A DNA stretch of 64,000 nucleotides from a virus (Duplodnaviria > Heunggongvirae > Uroviricota > Caudoviricetes), in the IMG/VR virus record IMGVR_UViG_3300002835_000086; one strand, given 5' to 3'. The position numbers and the translations under genes were made by a program. Positions 48,435-58,598 of the stretch are shown in pieces. Under the pieces are notes generated by a model. That model was not told the DNA's origin and ran no database searches. It saw nothing but the letters and a program-made list of their open reading frames with translations. Numbering within the stretch: position 1 is the first letter of the stretch; every line of letters begins with the position of its first letter.

Positions 48435-48660
48435 CAATATGATTGACTCCACTTACGAGGTTTTTTGAAATTAGATTTACTTGCCTCGTTTGTTTGAATA
48501 TATTCTTTAATAATTGATTTAATTAAATCTCTCATAATAATAAATACTATGGCTTGTCAAGATTGTAAAAAAGGTTCACCAATAAGATTAACTAAAAATC
48601 AGTGGTTGTCATTGATTGCCGGAGCATATATGGTTAGTGCTACGATATACACCACTTATG

Positions 48661-49596
48661 TTATTTTTCGTTGGCTTCTAAAGTAGCCTTATCGAACTTA
48701 ACACTTAATTTAACATACATATACGCCCCGTTGAATCCTTTACCTTTTAATCTCAACGGTACGTTACTATCAAACACTTTAGGTGCGGCAACTTTCAATT
48801 CACCATCGGGATGTGGGATAGTATAATAATCCTCAGTTAAATCTTTATAATCCAATACGAGATTATAAATCAAATCATCCCCCATTTTTTGAAATCCTTC
48901 TGATTCAACAATTTCTATTTTTAAGATTAAATCTCCATACATACCTTGTTGGAAGTCACCCTTTTGGTCCATCTTGAAGAACTGACCTTCATCAACCCCT
49001 TTAGGTAAGTTTACACTTATACTTTCAAATTTCTTTGTTGTACCAACACCAGAACAATTACTACAGAATCTGGCTAAATTATACCCTTTACCCTGACATT
49101 GTGGACAAGCACTTCTAACTTGTTGTTGGAAGAATCCTGAACCAAGGATTTGAGTGATAGCACCTGTGCCACCACATCCATTACAACCAACTCTATCACC
49201 ACCAGAACCTGAACAACTATTACAAGCAACATCTCTTTGGTAACTTAAGTTTTTAGTAACCCCCTTATAAGATTCTAAAACACTGACATCAACCTTTAAA
49301 ACTTTATCAGGAACTTTTCTATGTCTTGGATTACCTCTCCCCCCATTTTGAAACATCTCTCTAAAAAAGTCCTCAAATTGAGAACCTGCAAAGGGATTGT
49401 TTTGTGAGTTAAGATATGATTCTTTTTTAGACGGATTTGATAATATATCATACGCCTCGGCGATTTCTTTAAACTTTTCAGCACCTTCAGGGTTTACATC
49501 TGGGTGATATTGTTTACTTAATTTCCTATACGCTTTTTTGATTTCATCGTCAGACGCGTTTTCAGAAACACCTAAAATTTCGAAATAATTTTTCAT
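48661..49596 (-). CDS. dnaJ: DnaJ-family co-chaperone (J domain, Cys-rich zinc-finger, C-terminal domain)
   Basis: J domain YFEILGV...KKAYRKLSKQYHPD. Cys-rich repeats CNSCSGSG, CNGCGGTG, CPQCQGKG and CSNCSGVG. Confidence 0.9.
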   Translation of the reverse strand: MKNYFEILGVSENASDDEIKKAYRKLSKQYHPDVNPEGAEKFKEIAEAYDILSNPSKKESYLNSQNNPFAGSQFEDFFREMFQNGGRGNPRHRKVPDKVLKVDVSVLESYKGVTKNLSYQRDVACNSCSGSGGDRVGCNGCGGTGAITQILGSGFFQQQVRSACPQCQGKGYNLARFCSNCSGVGTTKKFESISVNLPKGVDEGQFFKMDQKGDFQQGMYGDLILKIEIVESEGFQKMGDDLIYNLVLDYKDLTEDYYTIPHPDGELKVAAPKVFDSNVPLRLKGKGFNGAYMYVKLSVKFDKATLEANEK

Positions 49597-49607
49597 TCAG
49601 CTATTAT

Positions 49608-50249
49608 ATGAACTTCTATATTGTATTGTTTAAGGATAAGACTAAGAAAAAGATAATAAAGAAATTTTCTAATTCAAAAAAAGCCGAGGATTTTTATAAC
49701 GAAATGTTAAAAGAAAATAAAAGTGTTATTTTTGAAAAGTTATTTGATAACGGGAAACCCTCAAAATACGACATTGGTTTATTGTCAGATAAAAAACCAA
49801 AATCAAATCAAATCTATATTCAAGATGAGATTGGTAGAAATATTAAAGTAACATTTGAGGATGATTCTTTTACCGCAATAAAAATATCACCATACAAAGT
49901 TGAAGAAACTATATTCGATATTTCCAATAATAAAAAAATATCAATAACCGATTTTGTTTCCTTATTAAAAAAGGACGATAGTTTAAAAGTTATCTATCCT
50001 CTTAACAACAAAATTATATTGCAAAATGATGATAACTTAAAACTATTCTCATTAAAAAGTGAGAGTGAATGTATGAGGTTCATTGAGTGTTTATCTGAAC
50101 ATATCTACACTCAAAAAAGAAAAGATTGTATGTTTGTGAATGATACTTCCAAACCTCAAAAGAAATATCTAATTAAATTACTTTCAGAATATGGGTTTGA
50201 TAAAAAAATGTTATACCGTAAACACACTACTTATCCTCGGTCAACATAA
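49608..50249 (+). CDS. hypothetical protein
   Basis: 213-aa plus-strand ORF. Confidence 0.45.
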   Translation: MNFYIVLFKDKTKKKIIKKFSNSKKAEDFYNEMLKENKSVIFEKLFDNGKPSKYDIGLLSDKKPKSNQIYIQDEIGRNIKVTFEDDSFTAIKISPYKVEETIFDISNNKKISITDFVSLLKKDDSLKVIYPLNNKIILQNDDNLKLFSLKSESECMRFIECLSEHIYTQKRKDCMFVNDTSKPQKKYLIKLLSEYGFDKKMLYRKHTTYPRST

Positions 50250-50457
50250 AATGAAAATCAACCCCTGATATTTCAACAGTAAACTGGTTGTGATGTCTGT
50301 CAATTTCCCTGAATTTTCCAATCATTTTACTATAGTCTTCTTTATTTAATTCAAAAACAACTATTGTGTCACCTTCAGGAAAAAGGTCAACCAAATAATC
50401 AGACAGTAATGCCATCTTTCCTAATTCGTCCAGAGAATTCTCTTTATCTTGCTCCAT
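50227..50457 (-). CDS. hypothetical small protein
   Basis: 76 aa. Confidence 0.3.
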   Translation of the reverse strand: MEQDKENSLDELGKMALLSDYLVDLFPEGDTIVVFELNKEDYSKMIGKFREIDRHHNQFTVEISGVDFHFMLTEDK

Positions 50458-50603
50458 AATGTTTCTTTTGGTTTGACGAATAATTCATCTTTTTTTAGTT
50501 TTTTAAGTTCTTCAGCGAACTTAGTCTTTTCGTTGTTTAACTCGGCTTGGTCTTTATCAATTTCCTTCTTCAGCCAGTTCAACATTTTCTCCTCGTGGCT
50601 CAT
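50421..50603 (-). CDS. hypothetical small basic protein
   Basis: 60 aa. Confidence 0.3.
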   Translation of the reverse strand: MSHEEKMLNWLKKEIDKDQAELNNEKTKFAEELKKLKKDELFVKPKETLWSKIKRILWTN

Positions 50604-50994
50604 CTATAATATCAAGTAATTGTGGTTTATCTCCAAACTCAAATTGTAAGGTCTTTAAAGTGTCTAAATCTCTCTTAGCAAAAGTTTCTTTAAGTTGTTG
50701 TACCGCAAGATTGAATAATTCATCTTTCATTTCACGTTCCTTATTCAATCTAATAACTTTATTGATACCTGTAATTGTTTTCTCAAAAGATATTTCACTC
50801 ATTTCACAGACAAAACTAATTCCTTTCATATTTTCCACGCCAGAATCAAATGGAACAATACTACAAATCTCTTGAATTGATTTTGGTAATCCCCAATTTG
50901 AGGGGAAGGCTAAGTCTATAGACATATAAGTCTCAAGTTTTCTCATTGAGACAAAGTAACTCCCGAAGGATTCTATGTGTTGGTATAAGTTCAT
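50557..50994 (-). CDS. hypothetical protein
   Basis: 145 aa. Confidence 0.4.
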   Translation of the reverse strand: MNLYQHIESFGSYFVSMRKLETYMSIDLAFPSNWGLPKSIQEICSIVPFDSGVENMKGISFVCEMSEISFEKTITGINKVIRLNKEREMKDELFNLAVQQLKETFAKRDLDTLKTLQFEFGDKPQLLDIIDEPRGENVELAEEGN

Positions 50995-51175
50995 ACTTGT
51001 AAAATATAGGTTAAAATATAACTAATAGAAAGCCCAAAAAACAATAAGTCCCTGTTAGATAACTTAAGTTCGTTTCCTAACAGGGCCCCTATTAATCTTA
51101 CGAGGTTCCTTAAACTAACCAATATTGAAAATATAAACACAAATAAAAAAATAGTGTTAATATTCAACATAACTT

Positions 51176-51349
51176 AGTCTTTTTTACTCTCATCCAAAAT
51201 CTCTACGCGAAGTTGTTGTAACAAAGCTTTCAATTCTTGACAAGTCTTTCTAGCTCTTGTACCGGCACTTTTATTACCTTTGTAGAACTTCTCCGTGTCA
51301 AACGATAGAGTTTCGGTTAAATCTTTAATTTGCTTCAAAGTTTCCATTT
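51176..51349 (-). CDS. small basic protein (57 aa), not in the ORF track
   Basis: My own translation: METLKQIKDLTETLSFDTEKFYKGNKSAGTRARKTCQELKALLQQLRVEILDESKKD. A hairpin terminator (ccctgttag...ctaacaggg, 51050-51086) lies downstream. Confidence 0.3.
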
Positions 51350-51418
51350 TCAATTAAAAATAAAATCTGTTTATTTGTTGGTTTAATTATAATATAGATT
51401 AAACCATAATCAACCCAA

Positions 51419-51883
51419 TTATAAATGAATTACAGAACGATTAAATAGTTTATAAACCTCTGTTAATATATCCAGGTCAGATTTAACAAAAGTTTTGTCT
51501 AAGTCAAATAAGTCTTTTACAAATAAGTTGATTGATTTTCTGATGTTCTCATCTTTTTGATTATAAAAGCTGTCGTTCATAAACACCTTCATATAATCTT
51601 TATGTTCACCATCAGAATCTATGAGAATATTTTCCTTTTGGAAGTTTTCTAATATTTTGTTCCAACACCAATTAAAGTGATTTGTTATATCTTCTTCAGA
51701 AAATTTAATTTTAGTTTCTAATGTGTCGTCACCAAGATATGTTGTTACCACTAATGTGGTTAAAGATTCAACAATATCATTAAATAACTCAACCCTTTCA
51801 GGTATCATATTATGGATATTAAACCATATCTCAACGTCTTCCTTTGGCACAGGTTGGGTTATCCAATTATAAAAATTCTCCAT
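51419..51883 (-). CDS. hypothetical protein
   Basis: 154 aa. Confidence 0.45.
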   Translation of the reverse strand: MENFYNWITQPVPKEDVEIWFNIHNMIPERVELFNDIVESLTTLVVTTYLGDDTLETKIKFSEEDITNHFNWCWNKILENFQKENILIDSDGEHKDYMKVFMNDSFYNQKDENIRKSINLFVKDLFDLDKTFVKSDLDILTEVYKLFNRSVIHL

Positions 51884-51929
51884 AGTTTCCTATGGAGAAT
51901 CATAAAATCAAATTATATTAATTGTAGTG

Positions 51930-53669
51930 TTATTGAGTTTTTTTGTTATAATCAACAAGACTTTTCATTTTTTGAATCTCTTCAGAAATTAATTTCTCTT
52001 GTTTATTTTCTTTACTCTCACCTAATTTTTTGAAGATGTCTTGTGATTTTTTAGCACCTTTCTTAAGTTTCAAATCACCTTGTTCTGTTGACTCACCAGC
52101 TTGGTCCACAGGTTGTGGATATCTCTTATAAGACGCGTTCATTTGTTCTGCACCATAAACATTATCCTCAAAGTTTTTATACATCTTTTCACCAAGTTCT
52201 GATGGAACAACATTACCTAAAGCATTCCCATCTTTGTCAACTTGAGCATTACCCGTTTTAGATGAACCTTTTAAGTTAGCCTCAATCCACTCATCATTTG
52301 GTTTAATCTCGTCATAAACCAAATTAGTCATACCAGGATATGCAAAATCGTCAATGTATTCCTCAACAGCATCTGAAGCTTTATAAGCTTTCTTAGGTGT
52401 TTCTTTCATTTCACCGTTACCCCTTGGGAATTTCTTAGGTTCCATATCATATTCACCTTCAGAAGCATCTTTTAAATACTCTTTCATCTTCTTAACAGTG
52501 TCTTTGATGTGTTTGTCATTAACCTCTTTGTTTTTCTTTTCAACCTTATTGAAATCGGGTTCAACTGAAGAACTTTTTTTACTAATATTTGATTGTTCCA
52601 TTACAATTCTTTCAATTAAATCAATTATTTCATTTTCAGTCAATTTAACACTTTCATTAACTTTAGCTTTACCTTTACCAGGCCAATCTTTTTTAGCTCT
52701 TTTTGCAAAGTATAATTGACTCATTTTTGTCTTATCAGTATGTGGTACTTTCTTACCATCATCTTTTAATTTCTGAGTCTTGTCTTTCAATTTTTTGATT
52801 GCCTTATCTAAATCATCAATTGTCATATCAGAATATTGACCAGTTTGTTTAACATCAACATTTCCTTTCCACTTTTCAGTAACTTCATATTTTTTACCGT
52901 CAACAGTAAAACTATCTTTACCTTCTTTCTTAGCCTTTGCTAAAGCCCCTGAGAATGCATTACCTTCTTCAGTCTCTCCTTGTTCACCCATTCTTTGTTT
53001 TTTTATATCCGAGTAAACACCAATAACTTTAGATGGTCTACCATCAAACTCATCTCTATCTTCTTCACCAATATCCATTCTTTTTTTACGTAATTTCAAT
53101 GGTCCCCATTTGTCACGATATGTGTTAAATATTCTTCTACCACTATCACTTTGGTCTCCACTTTGAAACCACCTTTGATTGCCAGCCTTTTCAGTAAATG
53201 AATCATAATCATCAAACTCTTCCTCGTCATAATCAAAATCAAAACCACCAGTGTACTCTCTATCCCTTTCATCAGTCCAATACTCTTTATCACCTCTGTT
53301 TTGACCTAAAAATTTACTTTCATTGAATTCTTTAGCAACTTTCTTTTCGTAATTGTATCCTACATTTTTAACCTTGCCTACTTTTTTAGGACTATCAGTT
53401 TCAAAATCACCGTAAGGTTTAACCCCTTCAATGTCATCATCACCCATAGTGTATTCTTTCATAGGTTTTTTCTTACGTAGAAGTTTGAAGTCCCCAGCAT
53501 CTATTTTATTATTCTTGTTCTTGTCTAACTCACTTTGTCTACCGTGTAGTTTTTCAGTGGTTTCAACTTTTTTGGCAATTTCAGAAACAATTTGGTCAGC
53601 CTTAGCCTCCAAAGCTTCATTTAATGCTTTTTCAACGATGTTGTCAATATATTTTGAAAAATTGTCCAT
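51930..53669 (-). CDS. large highly charged (Lys/Glu/Asp-rich) protein, possible virion-internal protein
   Basis: 579 aa, low complexity and charged; no enzymatic motif. Confidence 0.5.
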   Translation of the reverse strand: MDNFSKYIDNIVEKALNEALEAKADQIVSEIAKKVETTEKLHGRQSELDKNKNNKIDAGDFKLLRKKKPMKEYTMGDDDIEGVKPYGDFETDSPKKVGKVKNVGYNYEKKVAKEFNESKFLGQNRGDKEYWTDERDREYTGGFDFDYDEEEFDDYDSFTEKAGNQRWFQSGDQSDSGRRIFNTYRDKWGPLKLRKKRMDIGEEDRDEFDGRPSKVIGVYSDIKKQRMGEQGETEEGNAFSGALAKAKKEGKDSFTVDGKKYEVTEKWKGNVDVKQTGQYSDMTIDDLDKAIKKLKDKTQKLKDDGKKVPHTDKTKMSQLYFAKRAKKDWPGKGKAKVNESVKLTENEIIDLIERIVMEQSNISKKSSSVEPDFNKVEKKNKEVNDKHIKDTVKKMKEYLKDASEGEYDMEPKKFPRGNGEMKETPKKAYKASDAVEEYIDDFAYPGMTNLVYDEIKPNDEWIEANLKGSSKTGNAQVDKDGNALGNVVPSELGEKMYKNFEDNVYGAEQMNASYKRYPQPVDQAGESTEQGDLKLKKGAKKSQDIFKKLGESKENKQEKLISEEIQKMKSLVDYNKKTQ

Positions 53670-53709
53670 ACGATTTTTAATTATAAATATCCACGATTAT
53701 GTAATCGTT

Positions 53710-54681
53710 TTATTTTTTGTTTTTAGTTTTTAGATTGTAATAAAGTATCTTTTTGATTATTTGTTCATCAACACCCAATTTTTGACTAGCCGAATTAATT
53801 GCTTCTTTAACTGAACCATTTTCAAAAATTTTAACTGCACCTGCCCCTTGATTACAATAGGGAAAGGTCAAACATTTCTTTTTGACCTTAACAAACTTTC
53901 CTCCTTTATAAATTGGTTTCTTACCCCCTCTCCAGTTTTTCTTATTTTTAGCAATAAATGCCGGTGTTGAGTAAGCTCCTACTGAGGCTGACGTAGTTGC
54001 TTCTGTTGCTTCAACCTTTTCTATATCACCTTCTTTACTCTCAATCTTAGATAATTTTGTATAGTAATGTGGGTCTTCATATAAATGGTCTTTTGCAATC
54101 TCCATTGCAATTTTAATACTATCGGTATGTTCTAATTCAGTTTTAACACCCTTAACAAGTTCTTTCTTTAAGGTTTTAAACACATCTTCAATTTCACCCT
54201 TCATTTTACCTTTAGAGTGCATTTTAGCAATATCCTTAAGTGTTTTACCTTTGGCTAAACCACCAGGTATCTTTTCAGTTTCATTTGTTTCCTCTTTAGT
54301 AAATAATGGTGCTGAAAATGGACCTGCAGATGATGCACCTGTTGCCTCATCAGCCTCTATTTTATTAACCCTACCATATTTTTTCTTTTTTACAAATGGG
54401 TCATTAGACGCCGCATTTGGAACACCGTAACTGTATTGGTCACCAGTGTCTTTATCGTGTTTTCTAGATTTTTTCTTAAACTCAACAAAATCAGAATCTA
54501 ATTTCAAATCTTCTTTGAATTTATTTTTAGCATCTTCGTATTCAGATTCTTTTGTCTCACCCTCCATATTCATAGAATATTTCAAAGCATCCCCAATAGT
54601 GTCAGAATTTAATTTGACATTCGGCTGTGATGTATAAGCCGCCATAATACCTTTTTTAAATAAATCTGAACTACTTCTCAT
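53710..54681 (-). CDS. Lys-rich hypothetical protein
   Basis: 323 aa. Confidence 0.5.
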   Translation of the reverse strand: MRSSSDLFKKGIMAAYTSQPNVKLNSDTIGDALKYSMNMEGETKESEYEDAKNKFKEDLKLDSDFVEFKKKSRKHDKDTGDQYSYGVPNAASNDPFVKKKKYGRVNKIEADEATGASSAGPFSAPLFTKEETNETEKIPGGLAKGKTLKDIAKMHSKGKMKGEIEDVFKTLKKELVKGVKTELEHTDSIKIAMEIAKDHLYEDPHYYTKLSKIESKEGDIEKVEATEATTSASVGAYSTPAFIAKNKKNWRGGKKPIYKGGKFVKVKKKCLTFPYCNQGAGAVKIFENGSVKEAINSASQKLGVDEQIIKKILYYNLKTKNKK

Positions 54682-54682
54682 C

Positions 54683-54928
54683 TTATGCGTTTCTTAATCT
54701 TGGTTCCCAATATGAACGGTTCATCCACATAAATTGGTAGAACTCTCTAAACATTCTTAAAGTAATATCTTTAATGTCTCCTTGAAGTTTACCTCTTTTT
54801 ATTTCTTTGGCAATCGTGTCCATCATTTTGTCTTCGAATTGCTTAATAGTATTAGTATTCATAAAGCTCTTTATTTCTTTACGAATTAATACCTCTATTT
54901 CTTTTACGTCTGAACTTGTTAGTGCCAT
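54683..54928 (-). CDS. hypothetical small protein
   Basis: 81 aa. Confidence 0.35.
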   Translation of the reverse strand: MALTSSDVKEIEVLIRKEIKSFMNTNTIKQFEDKMMDTIAKEIKRGKLQGDIKDITLRMFREFYQFMWMNRSYWEPRLRNA

Positions 54929-55356
54929 TACTTTGTTATGTATAAATAACTCAAAGTCAGAATTATTGCTCCTGAAATTATCTGAGAAAAAGTTTTTTTT
55001 GTTTTAACTTTTCTTAATTCTTTTTGAGTGGTTTTTATCTCATCGTTTAAGATTTCATTTTTTCTTTTTTCACTTTCAACTAAGGTAATGTAATTATCCT
55101 CTTTTGACTTTAGTTTTTGTATTACTGAATCTTGATAAGTAACTTTTAATTCTAATTGTGTGATTTGAATATTAGCCAAAGATAATTGAGCAATCGCCGA
55201 ATCACCCCTCATCAAATCTTTAACAACCTCTCTAGCAACTTTAACAGGTAAAACTACTACCTGGCTATCTTTACTTTGAGTAACGGTCTGTGAAAAACTT
55301 GGTAAGCTCAGTGTCAGTAAAATTACTAACAGAATTAATCTTTTTACCATATTCAT
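54928..55356 (-). CDS. signal-peptide coiled-coil protein with C-terminal TM (spanin-like candidate)
   Basis: MNMVKRLILLVILLTLSLPSFSQ signal peptide. Its start is embedded out of frame in the 3' end of the 55271..55639 gene, an Rz/Rz1-like overlapped architecture, but there is no lipobox Cys. Confidence 0.35.
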   Translation of the reverse strand: MNMVKRLILLVILLTLSLPSFSQTVTQSKDSQVVVLPVKVAREVVKDLMRGDSAIAQLSLANIQITQLELKVTYQDSVIQKLKSKEDNYITLVESEKRKNEILNDEIKTTQKELRKVKTKKTFSQIISGAIILTLSYLYITK

Positions 55357-55639
55357 TCCCTACTTTAATTCTAATCTCTTTTATTTGTTGTATACTGTTG
55401 TTTGTCTCTTCAATTTTAACTTCATACTTTTCAATCTCAGTTTGTAGTTTCTCTTGTTTTTTTTCGATATTTTCAATCTTATTATTTAACTCTCTAATTT
55501 CAAAACGAGCTTCTTCACTCATCTTACTTAAAGGTGTTAAAACAAAAATCATCCAATACAATATAAAAAGACACACAACAAATATTAATATAGATTTGTA
55601 GTTGTTCTTAATATATGATATGATTAGATTACTCTTCAT
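55271..55639 (-). CDS. N-terminal-TM coiled-coil protein (i-spanin-like candidate)
   Basis: N-terminal TM ILIFVVCLFILYWMIFVL followed by a periplasmic-type coiled coil. Confidence 0.35.
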   Translation of the reverse strand: MKSNLIISYIKNNYKSILIFVVCLFILYWMIFVLTPLSKMSEEARFEIRELNNKIENIEKKQEKLQTEIEKYEVKIEETNNSIQQIKEIRIKVGNEYGKKINSVSNFTDTELTKFFTDRYSK

Positions 55640-56204
55640 CTTGTGTTGTTTGTTTTCTTGAAGCTAAAACCCTCGACCACTTAACTTTAAATTTATCGTA
55701 AAAACTTTTTAACTTATTAATTGTTTCTAAAGTCTCATCATCAACTTTCAACATATTCCCGTTGATGTAAGTACCACTACTTTCACCAATAGTATAAATA
55801 AAATCAATATCTTTATCGATAATTTTACCTGACCATTCAACAGTAGTTGGGTATAGGTTTAATTGATTAAAATCTGAAAGGTCTGAAACCTCTTCAGAGA
55901 AGTCATCCATAGTCTCTTGGAAAGCAACTTTATCGTCAGTTGTAATGTCTGTATCAGATTTTTCTTTTCCGTGAATGGCTAGTATCCCACCTGATATTCT
56001 ATATTTTTGGACATACTCATCGTCAGCCTCTTTTTCTTTACCATTCTCAGCAGTATCGTATTCATCCTGTTCGATTTCATCTTCGATACTCTTACCAATA
56101 TTCATTGGTCCAAGTTTTTCGGCGTTTAATTGTTCCATCACCAATCTTGATGTCTTTAACAAGTCTTTAATTTCGTCGTACCTATTGTTCGCTAAGTTGT
56201 TCAT
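55629..56204 (-). CDS. acidic hypothetical protein
   Basis: 191 aa. Confidence 0.45.
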   Translation of the reverse strand: MNNLANNRYDEIKDLLKTSRLVMEQLNAEKLGPMNIGKSIEDEIEQDEYDTAENGKEKEADDEYVQKYRISGGILAIHGKEKSDTDITTDDKVAFQETMDDFSEEVSDLSDFNQLNLYPTTVEWSGKIIDKDIDFIYTIGESSGTYINGNMLKVDDETLETINKLKSFYDKFKVKWSRVLASRKQTTQDEE

Positions 56205-56793
56205 CTTCTATTTGTTTTTTGAATGATGTGAAAGGAAATGCAGGACTTAAATCTGTAAATCTTTGGTCATAATTACTTCTTGAAACTATTCCCTTGAAGT
56301 TTTCGATGCCATCGAATTTTGTATTATGCCCTACGAATTTATTTGGTATTGAAAATTTCTCACACAACATTTTACAAAGTTCAACAGATTTCTCGATTTG
56401 AACATCCGTGTATGGTTGCCAAAAGAAATAGTCTCTCCACTTCTTTTCATATACATTATCTTTATAAATATTACCAATCCAATTCAAGTAGTGTTCAGAA
56501 AGAGGTTTTTTATTTAACCATCCATAGTTTTCAAAACAAACAATTATATGATTTTTTTTAATCCTATCATTAATTAAAAAATCACTAGTGTAATTCGGTG
56601 ATAATATCTCTAATACTCTACCTTCTCGAGTTATTAGATAGTGAGGTAACTTAGTATAGTTACCCCCCATTCTAAACTTAAGGGAGGTCAAGTATTCACT
56701 TGCCTCCCTTGATGTATGACAGAGCACAATCTGTCTTTTTTCTTTAAGTTTTTTTTGTGTCTTAAATTTACCGTAAACGATTACTTCATCCAT
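56182..56793 (-). CDS. peptidoglycan amidase-like protein (Amidase_2/PGRP-like), candidate endolysin
   Basis: Weak resemblance only: an isolated His (LCHTSRE) early in the protein and a downstream HIIVCFENYG segment, the spacing seen in zinc amidases. Gene order (membrane protein, then this gene) fits a lysis cassette. Confidence 0.4.
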   Translation of the reverse strand: MDEVIVYGKFKTQKKLKEKRQIVLCHTSREASEYLTSLKFRMGGNYTKLPHYLITREGRVLEILSPNYTSDFLINDRIKKNHIIVCFENYGWLNKKPLSEHYLNWIGNIYKDNVYEKKWRDYFFWQPYTDVQIEKSVELCKMLCEKFSIPNKFVGHNTKFDGIENFKGIVSRSNYDQRFTDLSPAFPFTSFKKQIEDEQLSEQ

Positions 56794-57466
56794 TTCGTCC
56801 TGTATAGGATAGTCGGTTTATATTGTTTTGTTCTTCGGATAAATTTTCAAACTTTTTCCTGTTCATTTCATCAAGAAGTTTTTGTAGTCTTTCAATCTCT
56901 TCTTGTGACGCTTTTAACCTTTCATTCTCATCTCTTTCGAATTCTTTCTTAGCAACTTCTTTCGATATTTCGTCAATGTCAACGTCAGGTGGTAAAGTTT
57001 TCTTATCCTGTTCCTCAAATTTAACTAACATATGTAAAAACGAAAGAGAAATTAGTGGTAACATACCACCAGCAAAGAACGCTAAGAATCTTTTATGTGA
57101 CACAAGGTTACCAGATTCAACTCCAATATATGAAACGAGAGGGTCTGTCATTTCAACCCAACTCTTGAACATATCTCCATTCATATCAATATACTGATAA
57201 GCAAAAAATATGTTACCAATAAATTGTATTAATGTTACAATACCAAATGGTAAATAAACTTTTCTACCCATTTGTGCTGATATTGCAGCAAGTGCTGACA
57301 ACGCAGCAATTTCAATACCTACTGATAGATAGATTGCCCAAGTAACAGGATTACTTATTCCATACCAAGTAGTAACGTGAGATATTGAAACAAATGCAAC
57401 TGTTAGAATTGGAATCAAAAATGCAAAGTAGATGATTTTTTTAAAATTCCTTTGTATCCAATTCAT
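56786..57466 (-). CDS. multi-pass membrane protein with C-terminal coiled coil (holin-like candidate)
   Basis: Four predicted TM helices in the first 150 aa; overlaps the start of the amidase-like gene. Confidence 0.35.
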   Translation of the reverse strand: MNWIQRNFKKIIYFAFLIPILTVAFVSISHVTTWYGISNPVTWAIYLSVGIEIAALSALAAISAQMGRKVYLPFGIVTLIQFIGNIFFAYQYIDMNGDMFKSWVEMTDPLVSYIGVESGNLVSHKRFLAFFAGGMLPLISLSFLHMLVKFEEQDKKTLPPDVDIDEISKEVAKKEFERDENERLKASQEEIERLQKLLDEMNRKKFENLSEEQNNINRLSYTGRNG

Positions 57467-57468
57467 AG

Positions 57469-57756
57469 TTATTTCATTTTAGCTTCTAATGACGAAATTT
57501 CATTGTCAATTTGAGTTTGTCTATTAACATCTAAAATTTTTCTATCAGTTGATTGAATCATTCTTTTTTCGGATTTCAACCCTTCAATCTGAAGTCTTAA
57601 ATTCAATTCTTCTTTAGTGTATGTGGAGTCTTTGATTACACCAATCTCTTTTCTAATTTTTGACAACTCACGAGTGTCTCCACAACTTTTGAAGAAACTC
57701 AACACCGCAATTACCAAAACAATCACAGTGAAATTCTTTTTAATAAATTCTTTCAT
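57469..57756 (-). CDS. single-TM coiled-coil small protein
   Basis: N-terminal TM VIVLVIAVLSFF; 95 aa. Confidence 0.35.
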   Translation of the reverse strand: MKEFIKKNFTVIVLVIAVLSFFKSCGDTRELSKIRKEIGVIKDSTYTKEELNLRLQIEGLKSEKRMIQSTDRKILDVNRQTQIDNEISSLEAKMK

Positions 57757-57788
57757 AGTTTTTTTTTATAAATAAATATCCAAAAATC

Positions 57789-58598
57789 TTATAGATAATC
57801 AAAAAGTTCACTAGACTCATTACGCAACTTACGTAAAGCCTTCTCTTTAATTTGTCTAACACGTTCCTTAGTTAATTGGAAGTCATTACCAATATCTTCA
57901 AGTGTACGGGTATTTCCTGACAATCCGTAGTAATCTTCAATGATAATTTTTTCACGGTCATCTAAAACTTCTAAGATACCTTTCAACTTGTCTTTAAGGA
58001 TGTCTTTTGTATGAAATCCGGAGTCAGGTGCCAAAGCATCAGGATTACTCAAAACATCCAACAAAGTATCACCATCTTCATTGAGGGGATTATCATAATT
58101 AACCGTATAAGGAAGGGTTACAAACTTTTCGGGTAACTCAACCCCACTCTTCTCAAGTTCTTTTTTAGCCTTTTGAAGTTCTTGAACAACATTCACAGGA
58201 AGACGAATAGTTCTCGCATTCTCGTTAAGTGATTGTAGGATTGATTGTCTTACCCACCAAACCGCATATGAAATAAACCTTAGCTGTTTGGACCAATCGA
58301 AATTTTCAACAGCTTTAAGTAATCCAAGATTACCTTCAGCAATTAGGTCACAAAGTTCTAATCCTTGATTTTGGTATTGTTTGGCAACAGTAATTACAAA
58401 TCGGAGATTACCTGTTAACAATTCTTGTTCAATTTGACGTTTCTCTGTTAACGTCAAATCATCCGATAACATTCTCTGAGCGAGTTGTTTTTCTCTATCA
58501 GGTGTCATAACTTTTATCTTACGAATATCTTTAAGATAAGTTGCAATCTCTTCTTGATTAATAGGGATACTTAAATTTTTGTCTTTCATATGTCTCAC
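57789..58598 (-). CDS. sigma-70 family RNA polymerase sigma factor
   Basis: Region 2 LRFVITVAKQYQNQGLELCDLIAEGNLGLLKAVENFD, region 3, and region 4.2 TLEDIGNDFQLTKERVRQIKEKALRKLR. Confidence 0.9.
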   Translation of the reverse strand: MRHMKDKNLSIPINQEEIATYLKDIRKIKVMTPDREKQLAQRMLSDDLTLTEKRQIEQELLTGNLRFVITVAKQYQNQGLELCDLIAEGNLGLLKAVENFDWSKQLRFISYAVWWVRQSILQSLNENARTIRLPVNVVQELQKAKKELEKSGVELPEKFVTLPYTVNYDNPLNEDGDTLLDVLSNPDALAPDSGFHTKDILKDKLKGILEVLDDREKIIIEDYYGLSGNTRTLEDIGNDFQLTKERVRQIKEKALRKLRNESSELFDYL

